From contig NIVC01000166.1 in the NCBI GenBank assembly GCA_002269645.1, positions 434,001-498,000 of the forward strand: 64,000 bases of DNA. Direction: 5' to 3'. Every line of letters begins with the position of its first letter. Within the stretch, counting starts at the first letter, position 1. This document shows positions 36,701-63,345 of this stretch, one piece after another. This DNA is from Macrostomum lignano (taxonomy: Eukaryota). The notes beneath the pieces were generated by a model. The model saw nothing but the letters and a program-made list of their open reading frames with translations, did no database searches and was not told the DNA's origin. Both the position numbers and the translations under genes were made by a program.

Positions 36701-37561
36701 CTTAGAGCTGTCAGGATAATAGCTCATACCTCTATTTTTCAATTTGCTTTCAATAGTATGTTGCTACTATTAGTAGAAACTACTCAAACTGTCACTTTGT
36801 GGGTCTATTCTCAAAACTGATTTCGATTAGCCATCGAATTGTAGTTACATTTATAATTTAATCTGCGATTATTAAAGTCTATCGTTGACAATACTCAGTC
36901 CAACAGACAGACGTATGCAGATTAAAGAATTAAACAGCTCAAAGTAGCAGTATGCTCAATTGAGTAACATTTTAAAGTGCCATTCTATCCTGCACGTTGT
37001 AAAATTAATTACCCAAATAAAAATTAGCGGCCATCTAGCGCAGATGTGGTCACAAATTGAAACGAGTGGCTGTGCTATATAAACCTGTTGCCATTGCGTG
37101 CGCAATGTAAGGATAAGGGAGCTCATTCAGATTTCATCGAGTAGGATTGGCTGCTAGACGCACAGTCCATTAAGCTGTCTGGCTGCCCGAGAACCCTTGA
37201 GCAGTTGCCATGCATATCTATATGCATATATATGTGATTTGGCCAATAATGCATGGCATTGAAGGCCTGCAATAGGGGATTAGCGGCGCGTAGATATAAG
37301 CTGCATATTATTTTTTTCTGCGAAACGAAAATTCGAAAACAATACGGTAAGATTTAATTTTCATTGATTTCACTGCGCTTATCTTCTTGAACTCTCTCTA
37401 TTACTTTTTATTGTGAAGTTTATATGGACAAGCATCCGTGAGCAGCCAAATTACCTATCACCAATCTAATAATTAATTGATTACATCTGGCCTAATGGGC
37501 AGATGTACGACCGACAGCTCAGTCGCAGCTATTGCGCGGCGCATCTGAAGGCTGCGTACGG

Positions 37562-37754
37562 CTGTTCAGTCCAAGGACTGGGGGGTCGCCACTAACACCC
37601 TCAATTTACCCCAGCTAATGCTGGCACCCATTTTACAGCTGGGTGAACTGAAACAATGCAGAGTTAAGTGTCTTGTTAACCAACTGTTCCTAGAGGTATC
37701 GGGAATCGAACTCCGACCTTCAAGTCGTGAGTCCGACGCTCGAACCACAAGACT
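37562..37754 (-). mobile_element. tRNA-derived CORE-like SINE
   Basis: Reverse complement has a tRNA-like head (GTGGTTCGAGCG...GGAGTTCGATTCCCG) followed by AAGACACTTAACTCTGCATTGTTTCAGTTCACCCAGCTGTAAAATGGG, which resembles the MIR/CORE domain. Confidence 0.75.
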
Positions 37755-37859
37755 ATAACCCTCTCTTGCCTATCTGGAAGCAACATTAAGTGCAGTGGTA
37801 ATTCTGTATCAAAATATACAATCAGCTCAATGAGTGTAATGGTAGATTGTGTCCATGGC

Positions 37860-38605
37860 ATTTTAGGTAGACAGTGGTAGATTGTGCCTATGGTTTTGGA
37901 AGTAGACAATGGTAGATTGTGTCTGTGACTTTGGAAGTAGACAATGGTAGACTGTGTCTATGGTTTTGGAAGTAGACAATGGTAGACTGTGCCTATGGTT
38001 TTGGAAGTAGACAATGGTAGATTGTGCCTATGGTTTTGGAAGTAGACAATGGTAGATTGTGTCTGTGGCTTTGGAGGTAGACAATGATAGCTTGTGTGCT
38101 TGTGTCTATGGCTTTGGAGGTAGACAATGATAGCTTGTGTGCTTGTGTCTATGGCTTTGGAGGTAGACAATGATAGCTTGTGTGCTTGTGTCTATAGTTT
38201 TGGAGGTAGACAATGATAGCTTGTGTGCTTGTGTCTATAGTTTTGGAGGTAGACAATGATAGCTTGTGTGCTTGTGTCTATGGATTTGGAGGTAGACAAT
38301 GATAGCTTGTGTGCTTGTGTCTATAGTTTTGGAGGTAGACAATGATAGCTTGTGTGCTTGTGTCTATGGATTTGGAGGTAGACAATGATAGCTTGTGTGC
38401 TTGTGTCTATGGATTTGGAGGTAGACAATGATAGCTTGTGTGCTTGTGTCTATGGCTTTGGAGGTAGACAATGATAGCTTGTGTGCTTGTGTTTATGGTT
38501 TTGGAGGTAGACAATGATAGCTTGTGTGCTTGTGTCTATGGCTTTGGAGGTAGACAATGATAGCTTGTGTGCTTGTGTCTATGGTTTTTGAGGTAGACAA
38601 TGACT
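37860..38605. repeat. 33-bp then 42-bp minisatellite
   Basis: (TTTGGAGGTAGACAATGATAGCTTGTGTGCTTGTGTCTATGG)n preceded by shorter variants. Confidence 0.96.
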
Positions 38606-39089
38606 CGTTTCCCCATAGACTCGTTCAAAATTAGCATTAGCATACCGACTGGATCTTCAGAATTCTATTAATTTTTCGAAGTTTCCAATTTTGGGAACTG
38701 CAAATAAACTCTAGGCCCAGACAAGTCATCTATCATTGGCAGAATTGGCTGTCGCAGCTGTGAACCGGATATTGACAGATAGGGCCACCCAGCTTCGAAT
38801 CTTGGCTGCACTTCAATTTATTCTTCGCAACTCGCCTGTAATGAGTTTTTGTCCAATAGCAACTGGCGATAGGAAGTATTCCGTCATGAGTGTGACAATC
38901 TCCGCTTGTTGAGCTTCCCCAATAAGTCTCAGTTCAGCAGTTAGCAACTGAGTAGGAATTGATTTACTAAGCGTCCACGGCAAAGTGAATATGTACTTCA
39001 ACATCCAACAGCTTCGTAACTAACATCGAGTGATTTCAATCAATATTCAATGTGCTGATGTGAACTAATGGATAACATTAAAACTAATC

Positions 39090-40858
39090 ATGAATCAATT
39101 ATTTGCAGATATGAATGCAACATCAAATAACACATCTATTGGCATCAATGCGAGCCCCGGTTCGGATGACTCATTCAACTCGTTAATGCTGCAGCTGCCC
39201 CTAGAAGCAATCATCTGCCTACTGACTGTTATCGGCAACGCTTTAACAATTCTGGCCGCTGTGACGTACCCGAATCTTCGCAAACCGACTAACTACCTGA
39301 TCATCAACTTGGCCTTGGTCGACTTTCTCGTAGGCATTATAGCCATACCGTTTGCGTCTGTCTCAGAGAGCGGTTTTCCTAAAAATAGTTTCTACGGCTG
39401 TCTAATTATCAACTGCATAGTTGTAACATTCACTCAGGTTAGCTTCATCAATCTGCTGGCAATCGCCTTTGAGATACTCATCGCGGTGAAATACCCGCTG
39501 CGCTATCGGTCTCTCTTCACTAGACGGAACGTCTCAGCATTATGCGTACTGCTCTGGTTGTCAGGCGCCCTACTGGGCTTCATACCGCTCATGGGCTGGA
39601 ACAAGGGCCCGCCTCCAGATGGAGTCTGCTCGTTTGTAAACGTGATCGACTTGCGCTACTGGGTCTACGTGGTCTTCTTTGGCTGGTCGGCCTGGATTTT
39701 TCTCGTCGTGTTTTCACTCTACGCCACCGTGTTCTGCATCATCCGGCGCCAGCTCGGCTACAGGCGCCATCGCGGCGGCGGCGGCGATGGCGGCAGCGGC
39801 GGGATGCTGACAGCAGTGAGACGCAGGACCAGACGACAGCAGCGCATTGGTGACAGCACCTACAGTGGCGGCGTCTCTACCGCCACGGTTAAAGCGGCCA
39901 AGCGAATGTCCGTTATTGTTCTCGCGTTTGCTATAGCCTGGATACCTCTGAATATCCATAACGTATTGCAGGTATATGGCTAATTAGTTGCATTTTTGTT
40001 TTTAGTTTGTTTACATGAAGTTATTGGAGTTTATTCTGCATTGCTGGGGGGTTTTCACGAGGCGTCCGCCAACCATGCAGTGAACTTGATCATATGTATA
40101 CGGACATAAGGACATTGGACATACGGAAATTGGACATACGGACATTGGATATCCGGAAATTGGACATACGGACATTGGATATCCGGAAATTGGACATAAG
40201 GACATTGGACATACGGACATTGGATATCCGGAAATTGGACATCCGGAAATTGGACATACGGACACGTGGTGTGCAGTGGTCCTGGCTTCTCATCTTCAGA
40301 CATTCATAGAACTTGAATTGTGTGCTGTAGGGGTTGAGCTATCATGAGCACAAGTTACGTAAGCCCTAGGCTAAATTCTGTGCAAGGTACAAAACATTGA
40401 ACCCTGAAATCTGGATGAGAGAACGCTCCTCTACCCGGCCAACTCAACTGTGTCTTCCAGCATTGCTTTATTTTACTAACTGACATTAATCTACTCAAAT
40501 TCTCAGAAGAATTAAATCTCCACTGCTTCAGGTGATGTGCGATCTACAATACGGGAGTTACGTCGTCAAAGTGTGCATCTTGTTGACGCACGCCAACAGC
40601 GCGGTCAATCCGTTTGTGTACGCCTTTTCGCATCCGCAGTTCCGGGCAGCTTACGCCGCACTGATTTGTTGCAGACGGGTCAGGCCTGAGTTTTGCGATC
40701 CCAGCGTAAATGGCGGCAGCCGCGGTGTTCATGGAGGACGAAGCATCGCAGCAAACAGACCGGCAACCGGCGCGACTTCTGCCAGCATCGCTCGACGACA
40801 AACAATTGCCAGTGAACCGCAGTACGCTGCTGAACACGAATTTGTCACTAGATTATGA
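39090..40858 (+). CDS. Adenosine-receptor-like class A GPCR, 2 exons
   Basis: Exons 39090-39971 and 40532-40858 (phase 0). Seven TM segments: LEAIICLLTVIGN, TNYLIINLALVDFLVG.IAIPF, YPLRY, GFIPLMGWN, CSF, AWIPLNIHN, LTHANSAVNPFVYAF, all characteristic of adenosine receptors. Alternative ATG at 39111. Confidence 0.85.
40100..40262. repeat. 15-bp minisatellite in the GPCR intron
   Basis: GGACATTGGACATAC / GGAAATTGGATATCC variants. Confidence 0.9.
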
Positions 40859-41961
40859 TCGGGTGACAATTGGTGGCTGGTAACCGAATGTAGGCGGCAA
40901 AAGTAACTAAACTATTTTAAAAGGACGCTGTACATGGAAAATTCGAAAGTTCCTGAAGCTTAAGCTTTTTAATCTCAACCACAGACAGCAAAGTAACCAA
41001 GCTTTGTAATTTGTAATGATGTTGTATGAATCTAATAACTCTAACATACCTGTGATGCATTCCCTGACTCCGATTTTAGCTTAACACTTTCCAACGTTTT
41101 GTTCGACGTCTACTCCACCCACTTGGCATATTGCGACTTCGTGGACAGCTGAAGTTATTCTTGATATTAACAAATTTTGTTTATCTTAGCCGATTAATCT
41201 TAATTTGATTTATTACCTCCAAAAATACGAGGGTATCTCCATGCTTATTGCGAAATGTCGCCCAATATGCATATCGTATCGAAATTATGGCTGAAATTCT
41301 CAAAACTTTCTCGAGAATATTTAATAATAAGAACATACGAAATGTCTTTATAGCTGCTTGAAATATATGCACGTTCATAGAAACTCTTATAGAGTACATC
41401 GCAGCGATAAACATTGCGTCTTATCTTCAACCTTTGGCTTCACTAAGCGCTATAGGTGTACACTAAATTGACCTCTGACATTTTATCTATACAGAGCAGT
41501 CCAAGCAAACGCATTCGGCATGCATATATTGTGACCGAGTCACAGACCGAAGTCTCGAGCCCCACTGGACGCATGGCGGAGAAGCCTTACGGAACATTCT
41601 CGGGTGAGGAAACGCACGGACGAACAATTATTTGACTTTTTGCGCATTTGTTTGCGATTAATATTTAACATGAGAAAGTTGCCAGATAGACGGACAGCTT
41701 CCAGTATAATATAGAATAGTAGAATATGAGGGCCACAAAAGTAAGATCTCCCCAGACTGCATCTTTATAAATTTCCCAAATTCGTACAATTATAATAAAC
41801 TTTTGCGCTTCCATGTTTGATTTCGAAAAAGTGCATGTGCACCTGTGTACACCATGGCCAACTGCAGCAGAAGGAATTTGTTAGAAAACTCCTCCTCACT
41901 CGATTTTGTTAGAAATGAGCTGTAGGTTGGTAAAGAACGCATGACGTTGAATGAGGTTTCA

Positions 41962-42053
41962 CCATAGACAAATTCGGTCAGGGAAAATTGATCGAATAAA
42001 AAATGTGTTAGCTAGCAAGGAGACTTCACAGAAGCATTAGAATTTGTCTATGG
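41962..42053. repeat. 92-bp element with a perfect 14-bp terminal inverted repeat (mini-MITE-like)
   Basis: CCATAGACAAATTC (41962-41975) and GAATTTGTCTATGG (42040-42053); no TSD seen. Confidence 0.5.
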
Positions 42054-42378
42054 CCCGGATCGGTGCGCATCGAAGCACGCTGTGTAATTAAAATCCAGTG
42101 TCTATGCTCACGTACAAGTACGAGGGCACCGCAGTTGTCGACGGCGGTCCGACGGCGCATTAAGCATTCTGTCAAAACTGAATGCACAGTGACAAAATTG
42201 AAAATAGACCGCAAAAGTAGTGCAGAACTAATGCACCAGCGATACGACAAATACGCGTTCCTTACCGAGAGTGTAGCGGTCCTTCTATTTTAGCTGTCCA
42301 ACAAGATTGCTGTTCATTCTATTGCGGCATTTGAGTTTACTAGTCTACTAGTTTACTTAAAAGTGACTCAGCCATGCG

Positions 42379-56767
<14,389 letters not shown>

Positions 56768-56804
56768 GCGCTTTACGTTTTACCTCGGGGGGGGGTTTGA
56801 CACT

Positions 56805-57020
56805 TGATGTACATTGCTTTTTTAGCTCTGCGGGTGAACCTTAATCTTATGTACATTGTTGCTATTTTTAGCTCTGCTAGAGAATCCTCACTCCTTATGT
56901 TACATTGTTGCTATTTTTAGCTCTGCTAGAGAATCCTTACTCCTCATGTACATTGTGGCTATTATTAGCTCCGCTGGTAAACCCTCACTTCTTATGTTTT
57001 CACTTTTGCTATTTTTAGCT
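56805..57020. repeat. Degenerate ~57-bp tandem repeat
   Basis: Recurrent ATGTACATTGTTGCTATTTTTAGCTCTGC. Confidence 0.75.
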
Positions 57021-57608
57021 CCATGAAGCTAATTGCTGCTTTAATGGTAGATTAAGTCTATGGTTTCAGACTTGGATAATGATCACAGTCACGAGTGGTT
57101 GCGATGGCTGCCATCTGACACTTGAATTGTTGACGCTAGACGAAAGATATCAGTACCAGTATTTGCAAATTGATTTCAGTAAGATACGAGAAACGTTTTT
57201 TTAATTTTATCATTTAATCATTTTCCTCTGTATCTAACAGAACAATTTCGTACTTATTCAATAAATCTGTCACTGAATCGTAAACACAAGTTACGATTAA
57301 TTCAATCAGGAGAAAGCAAAATAATTTTTCTTGATACGAGCGTATATATTTATGAAGTCTGATAAAACAAACAATTGTTTAAAAAATCAAAATGCCAATA
57401 AGCTAAAGCAATTAGGACAAAATTTTATGGAATAGAAATATTGCAAAAGTTAATTTTTTAAACGCGCTATATACTACTAAGTACAGATCAGATAAATTAA
57501 GCGAATTAAAGCTATATAAAGGAATATTATGCGGAAAATTTTTTAGAAAGACTGCATTAAATCTGAACTTCAATTCAAATAGAAAATTTTCAACTTGATA
57601 TTTTAGGT

Positions 57609-57884
57609 CAGGGTCGGCAAAAATGTTTTTTATCTCAAAGGGCCAGATAGAGAACCCAGCGCATGACTGTGGGCTAGAGGGGAGAGAGAATAAAGATGAG
57701 AGATGAGAGACACTCGTAGGAAAATGGAGAGGCGAGGGGCGACAGGCCAGGCGAGGCGAGAGGAGAGGAGAGAACAGAGAACAGAGAGAGGAAGAGACTC
57801 TGAGCAAGCCGGATTATTATTGTGAAGTATCAAAGGACCCGAGGCCAAAGAGAGGCTTAGCGGGCCGCAGTTCGCCTACCCCTG
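57609..57884. mobile_element. Charlie-like hAT MITE
   Basis: Termini CAGGGTCGGCAA and TTCGCCTACCCCTG with a subterminal CGGGCCGCAG; flanks TTTTAGGT/TTTTACAG are only a partial TSD. Confidence 0.6.
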
Positions 57885-57972
57885 TTTTACAGCTTAGTAA
57901 ATCAATTCACACGCACGCAGCAAGTTGAAATTTGAACTCGCCAAGTCCAGTTAAAAAAGGAAAAGTAAAAAG

Positions 57973-58641
57973 TCATCCGGACTTCTCCTTCCTTCTGCCC
58001 TTGTCAGCGCCGCCATAGTAGAGGATCTGAGCCACAATGACGGCATTGCCGGCGCTGGCCCCCAGGTACAGCAGAACCAGCATTGGGTCCGCAGTCTCCT
58101 GCACCGAGGTGAACACTCGAGCCAGGCTGCCCAACAGCAGCATCGAATAGGTGATCAGCGACACCTGGCCGGTGCTACTCGAGCTGAAGTTCCGCCAAGC
58201 CTGAGCAGCTTTGCCAGCCAGCACCAGCGGCAGGGTGCACGCCTGGCCAGCCGCAATGACAGCCAGTGGCACCAGACTGGGCGCTGCCAGCAGGGCCACC
58301 AAGCCAGCGAATATCGCGCAGAAGGTCAACGCGAGCCCCAGCGACCGGCCTCTAGCGTAGTAGATGGACAGGGCGGCGATGGCGATTGTCTGGCCGGCCA
58401 GTAGGAAGCCCTCGCCGTAGGCGCTCAGCGGGAATCCCCGGCGAAGGCCGTACAGAAAGCCTACAGTGGAGGCCGCCAGTTCGCAGGCTGTGGTCACCGG
58501 GGACAGGCCGCGGCTGCTGCCGCTGTTGAACACCTTCAAGAGCTGCGGCAGCTTCACGCTGGCTGAGCCAGCTATCACTGAGTAGCCCAGTGCCTTGGCT
58601 GCTACGGCGGCTGCCTGCGGCGGGTTGGCAGCGTCTGTTTG
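57973..58641 (-). CDS. MPDU1: Mannose-P-dolichol utilization defect 1 (PQ-loop) homolog; single coding exon without ATG
   Basis: KALGYSVIAGSASVKLPQLLKV, YGEGFLLAGQT and TGQVSLITYSMLLLGSLARVFTSVQETAD match MPDU1/Lec35. The frame is open up to a CAG acceptor at 58642-58644. Confidence 0.88.
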   Translation of the reverse strand, partial: QTDAANPPQAAAVAAKALGYSVIAGSASVKLPQLLKVFNSGSSRGLSPVTTACELAASTVGFLYGLRRGFPLSAYGEGFLLAGQTIAIAALSIYYARGRSLGLALTFCAIFAGLVALLAAPSLVPLAVIAAGQACTLPLVLAGKAAQAWRNFSSSSTGQVSLITYSMLLLGSLARVFTSVQETADPMLVLLYLGASAGNAVIVAQILYYGGADKGRRKEKSG

Positions 58642-58643
58642 CT

Positions 58644-58689
58644 GTCTGTCTGTCTGTCTGTCTGTCTGCCTGTTTGTCTGTCTGTCTGC

Positions 58690-58775
<86 letters not shown>

Positions 58776-58800
58776 GTCTGTCTGTCTGTCAGTCTGTCCG
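58644..58800. repeat. (TCTG)n microsatellite directly upstream of the MPDU1 acceptor
   Basis: Visible directly. Confidence 0.96.
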
Positions 58801-59111
58801 TCTATCTTGCCTGTTTTACACTATTGTTAATACCTAAAGTCATTAAAAGTCAGATTAGTCTCAAATTAGAAAAAATAGAATAAAAGAAATTTAAAATCAA
58901 ATCAACTGGAAGTTCATAGTAGCTGAGAAAGCATTTATTCAGTAAAAATGTTTTATTTTATATTATAATTGCTACCGATCAGCAGCACTGGTACACCAAA
59001 GACGGCATTGACAGCAAACCATCAAGCAAATAAGGCAATCAGAAATGCGTTGACAATTTTGGTGCACATTTTCGGTCTGGCCCAACATTTTGCAGAACAG
59101 CCAGTATGACA

Positions 59112-59932
59112 ATGCGGGATCTACTTTAACAAACTCTTCCAAATATTATTGTGGGATCTACTTTACTAATCTCATTGCCAACTATATTGTGGGATCTACT
59201 TTACCAATCTTATTGCCAACTATATTGTGGGATCTACCTCACCAATCTCATTGCCAACTATATTGTGGGATCTACTTTACCAATCTTATTGCCAACTATA
59301 TTGTGGGATATACTTCACCAATCTTATTGCCAACTATATTGTGGGATCTACTTTACTAATCTCATTGCCAACTATATTGTGGGATCTACTTTACCAATCT
59401 TATTGCCAACTATATTGTGGGATCTACTTTACTAATCTCATTGCCAACTATATTGTGGGATCTACTTTACCAATCTTATTGCCAACTATATTGTGGGATC
59501 TACCTCACCAATCTCATTGCCAACTATATTGTGGGATCTACTTTACCAATCTTATTGCCAACTATATTGTGGGATCTACTTCACCAATCTTATTGCCAAC
59601 TATATTGTGGGATCTACTTTACTAATCTCATTGCCAACTATATTGTGGGATCTACTTCACCAATCTTATTGCCAACTATATTGTGGGATCTACTTTACCA
59701 ATCTTATTGCCAACTATATTGTGGGATCTACTTTACCAATCTTATTGCCAACTATATTGTGGGATCTACTTTACCAATCTTATTGCCAACTATATTGTGG
59801 GATCTACTTCACCAATCTCATTGCCAACTATATTGTGGGATCTACTTTACCAATCTCATTGCCAACTATATTGTGGGATCTACTTCACCAATCTCATTGC
59901 CAACTATATTGTGGGATCTACTTTACCAATCT
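59112..59932. repeat. 38-bp minisatellite in the ATPAF2 3' region
   Basis: (GGGATCTACTTTACCAATCTTATTGCCAACTATATTGT)n. Confidence 0.97.
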
Positions 59933-59954
59933 CTATCCCATCTGCACTGGTGAT

Positions 59955-61615
59955 CTATTTCCCCTGCCTTGAGGCGGCGGTGGCGGCCGCACCAGCCAGC
60001 TGCACTTCGCGCCACTCGTGGCTGACAAGCGCCATCAGTGTGCCGGCAGAGACGCGGCACTCCAGCTCGGTGGCATCAACGCCATGGTGCCACTCCACTT
60101 GGCCCCACTTGTCCGCCTGGAACTGCGACTCCAGCCGGCTGAGGGAGCAGGCCTCGGAGACTGGGAGGCGTCTGCGGGCCAGTGCGTGTGTAAATTGATT
60201 TATGAAGTTGGCAATGGCCCAGCAACTGAGCATCTGGGAGGCTGGCCCAGCAACTGAGAATCTGGGAGGCTGGCCCAGCAGCTGAGGATCTGGGAGGCTG
60301 GCCCAGCAACTGAGGATCTGGGAGGCTGGCCCAGCAACTGAGGATCTCCGAGGCTGGCCCAGCAACTGAGGATCTGGGAGGCTGGCCCAGCAACTGAGCA
60401 TCTGGGAGGCTGGCCCAGCAACTGAGGATCTGGGAGGCTGGCCCAGCAGCTGAGGATCTGGGAGGCTGGCCCAGCAACTGAAGATCTGGGAGGCTGGCCT
60501 AGCAACTGAGGATCTGGGAGGCTGGCCCAGAAACTGACACTCTGGGAGGCTGGCCCAGCAACTGACACTCTGGGAGGCTGGCCCAGCAACTGACACTCTG
60601 GGAGGCTGGCCCAGCAACTGAAGATCTGGGAGGCTGGCCCAGCAACTGACACTCTGGGAGGCTGGCCCAGCAACTGAGGATCTGGGAGGCTGGCCCAGCA
60701 ACTGAGGATCTGGGAGTCCTGGAATCCATCACAAAGCTGAAGACAACGAAGGTCAGACCAACCTGTCAAGCAGACACACAGCCAGCAGACATGACTTGAG
60801 ACTCTCGGCAGCGAACCGGACCCCGGAGACGCCCCAAGAGTTCAGCGACGCCAGTCTGGCTCTGAACTTTTTCAACGCTTCGCCGTCAATCTGCGGCGGC
60901 TGCAGCGTGAGAGTTGGCGCCAGCCGCAGGCTGTACTGCTGGTTGACGTTGTCAAGCACAGGCTGCCACCGCTGCCGCTGCAGCTGGTGCAGATCTTCAG
61001 GCTCGGTGCTCCAGAACAGCAGGGTGTCAGTTTCCAAGTACTCCAGTATCGCGGCGGCCTGCTGGTCGCGGCTCAGTCCCAGCGGATTGTCTATGGCCGA
61101 GTTGCACAGGCTGGTCAGGTGCATGCGGGTCCTGCGGGGAGACGGGTGATTAATGAGCTCAAACACTGGGGAAGTTAGGTGGTGCTCAAACGTGGGGATA
61201 TTTTGGGGAATTTAGATGCTCAAACGGGAAGATATTTTGGGAAATTTAGGTGCTCAAACTTGGGGATTACGAGCGTTTTTGAACCTCAACACTTCAATCA
61301 ACGCTCACTAAAAATATGTAGAAACTGCTAGAGTCATTAGCCCATTAACAGCCCTCACCTGTCAATATGATTAACCTGAGAATTCCATTCCTGAACCACA
61401 GCCAATGCTAGACCTTCGTGCGGCACAACAAACGGCTGTCCGCCCGGTGTCCGCAGTCTGCGCTGATCCAAGTTGACCTCGTAGGCCCCGGGGCCGGATT
61501 TGGTCACGTGGGCCTGCTTGTAGAACCGTTTGATCTTGCCGCCAGCCATGCTGGTCAGGTCACGGCTGTGACTGAGGCACAGGGCCTCGCGGGTGAGCAG
61601 CTGGCGGATGAGAAA
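59955..61615 (-). CDS. ATPAF2: ATP synthase F1 assembly factor 2 (ATP12), 3 coding exons
   Basis: Exons 61615-61359, 61131-60763, 60171-59955 (phase-2 GT-AG introns). KRFYKQA, YEVNLDQRRLRTP, LALAVVQEWNSQ, MHLTSLCNSAIDNP, YLETDTL, ESLKS and SRLESQFQADKWGQVEWHH match ATP12. First ATG at 61549; the frame stays open 22 codons further, to an acceptor at 61616-61618. Confidence 0.92.
60212..60715. repeat. 30-bp minisatellite filling the last ATPAF2 intron
   Basis: (TGGGAGGCTGGCCCAGCAACTGAGGATC)n variants. Confidence 0.96.
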
Positions 61616-61899
61616 CTGGAATGCAGCACGGTTAACACTGCCTTAGCACTGCTACTAAACCAAAGCAGCAGGTTGTCAGAGCCAGCACTATCTTATACCT
61701 TTCTTTTGAGTCACTACAGTAGGCCAAGTTCACTGCATCTCCTGTGCTCATATGACTCAACCATGTCATATGACTAATCCCTTGAATATGCAGACACACT
61801 CATCTCTTGGGCAGTTGTGTTATCAAATTTTAAATCATTTTAATAATGTGAAGTTACACGACGGGTTGACAAGCCTTGGTCACAATTCTTTCCACATAT

Positions 61900-63345
61900 G
61901 ATGAAATTGTGACCAAGGCCGATGCCCCCGCTGCCAAACGATCTGAGTCTGAGGCTGCCGCCGGAGACGCCGTTGCCGGCAGAGGAGAGTTTTAATGTAG
62001 CCCCAGTCAGCACAGCCGAAGTTGTGAGGCTCGCCCAACAGTCACCGGACGGGAAAGCGCTGGGCCCGGACGAGGTGCCCATCGAGGCGCTGCGACTCCA
62101 CTGGGTGGCCAGCGAGGTCGCCAGTGTGATGAACCGCGTGCTTTTCGGTGAGACGGCACCCAACGAATGGACCACGGTGCACATCGTCGCTATTCCGAAG
62201 AAGCCGTGCACCACGCGGCTTGAGGAGCACCGAGGTATCTGCCTGCAGTCCTGCGCTGCGAAGCTGTTCAACCGGATGCTGTTATCGCGGTTGCAGCCCG
62301 TGCTGGATCCGTACCTGCGTCCTAAACAGAACGGCTTCCGGCCCCACCGCGGCACATGACGGCCAGTTGCACCAGACATCATGGCACGAATGCTGCTGTG
62401 CTGACACCGGACGGCCTGTCAAATTTCTTTGAGACATCCACTGGGGTGTTCAGGGAGATACGCTTGCGCCGTTCCTGTTCGTCCTGGTGCTTGACTGGGT
62501 GCTGCGGACTGCTCTCCCTTCTAACCACGTCCACGACGGCTTCCTGTTGCAGCGACGCGTGGGTCGACGCCAACCGGAAAGGCAGCTTAGCGTTCTGGGC
62601 TACGCCGATGATCTCGCCCTGCTGTCCTCGACCGTCGAGGGCGCCCAACGCCAGCTGGACCGGCTGGTGAGCGTTGCGGCGAGCGTCGGCCTGGTGGTCA
62701 ACACGCAGAAGACCGTCGTGCTCTGCGTGCCGGACGACATCGGGGCTACAATTTTCTGCCGAGGCGCCGACGGACAGGCGACGAAGCTTTCGTGCTGTCA
62801 GCAGTTCGTCTACCTCGGCGGTCTGGTGCCTGACGTTAGCGAGGACCTGCGACGTCGCCGTGGACTTGACTGAGCTGCATTCCATGAGGGTTGTCCTGCA
62901 GTCCGAGGCCCTGCCTGACTGTTAGAGGGCATTGTTCCAGGTGGTAATCGAGACCATCCTGTTGTACAACGCCAAGACCTGGATGCTGACGGACTCACAA
63001 AAACAGCTGGTCGATGCAGCCCACGCTGGCCTGCTGCGCACTGCCTTCAAGATCGGTTACAAGTGAGTCACCAATGCGGCACTCTATTGCCGCACTGGCC
63101 TGTCTCGTACCAGAGAACTGTTGCGCCATCAGCAAATCCAGCTAGCAGGCCGTTTCATCTGAGCCAAGTTGTACTGCCCACAGCTGATGCAGGAGGTGCT
63201 GCTGCTGACACTACAGGCACCCTACCGGCAGGGGCAGGCGTGTACTTGGCATTTTGTTGACTGCCTGCTGGCTGATGCCAGCGCCCCAGACACTGCTAGT
63301 GGAGCAGCCTATGTTCATACCCAGGCCTTGAAATGTGCCTTGTGA
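61900..63345 (+). mobile_element. 5'-truncated, decayed RTE/RTEX-like LINE (reverse transcriptase)
   Basis: KALGPDEVP, IPKK...RGICL, QNGFRP, GV.QGDTLAPFLF, LGYADDLAL, FVYLG and ETILLYNAKTW are spread over several frames. The DFxKAFD block is missing (internal deletion near 62360). Confidence 0.9.

Noticed and set aside
58975-59095. Possible MPDU1 first exon
   Set aside because: ATG frames here hit stops or have the wrong phase for the 58641/58634 acceptors, and they do not resemble the MPDU1 N-terminus.
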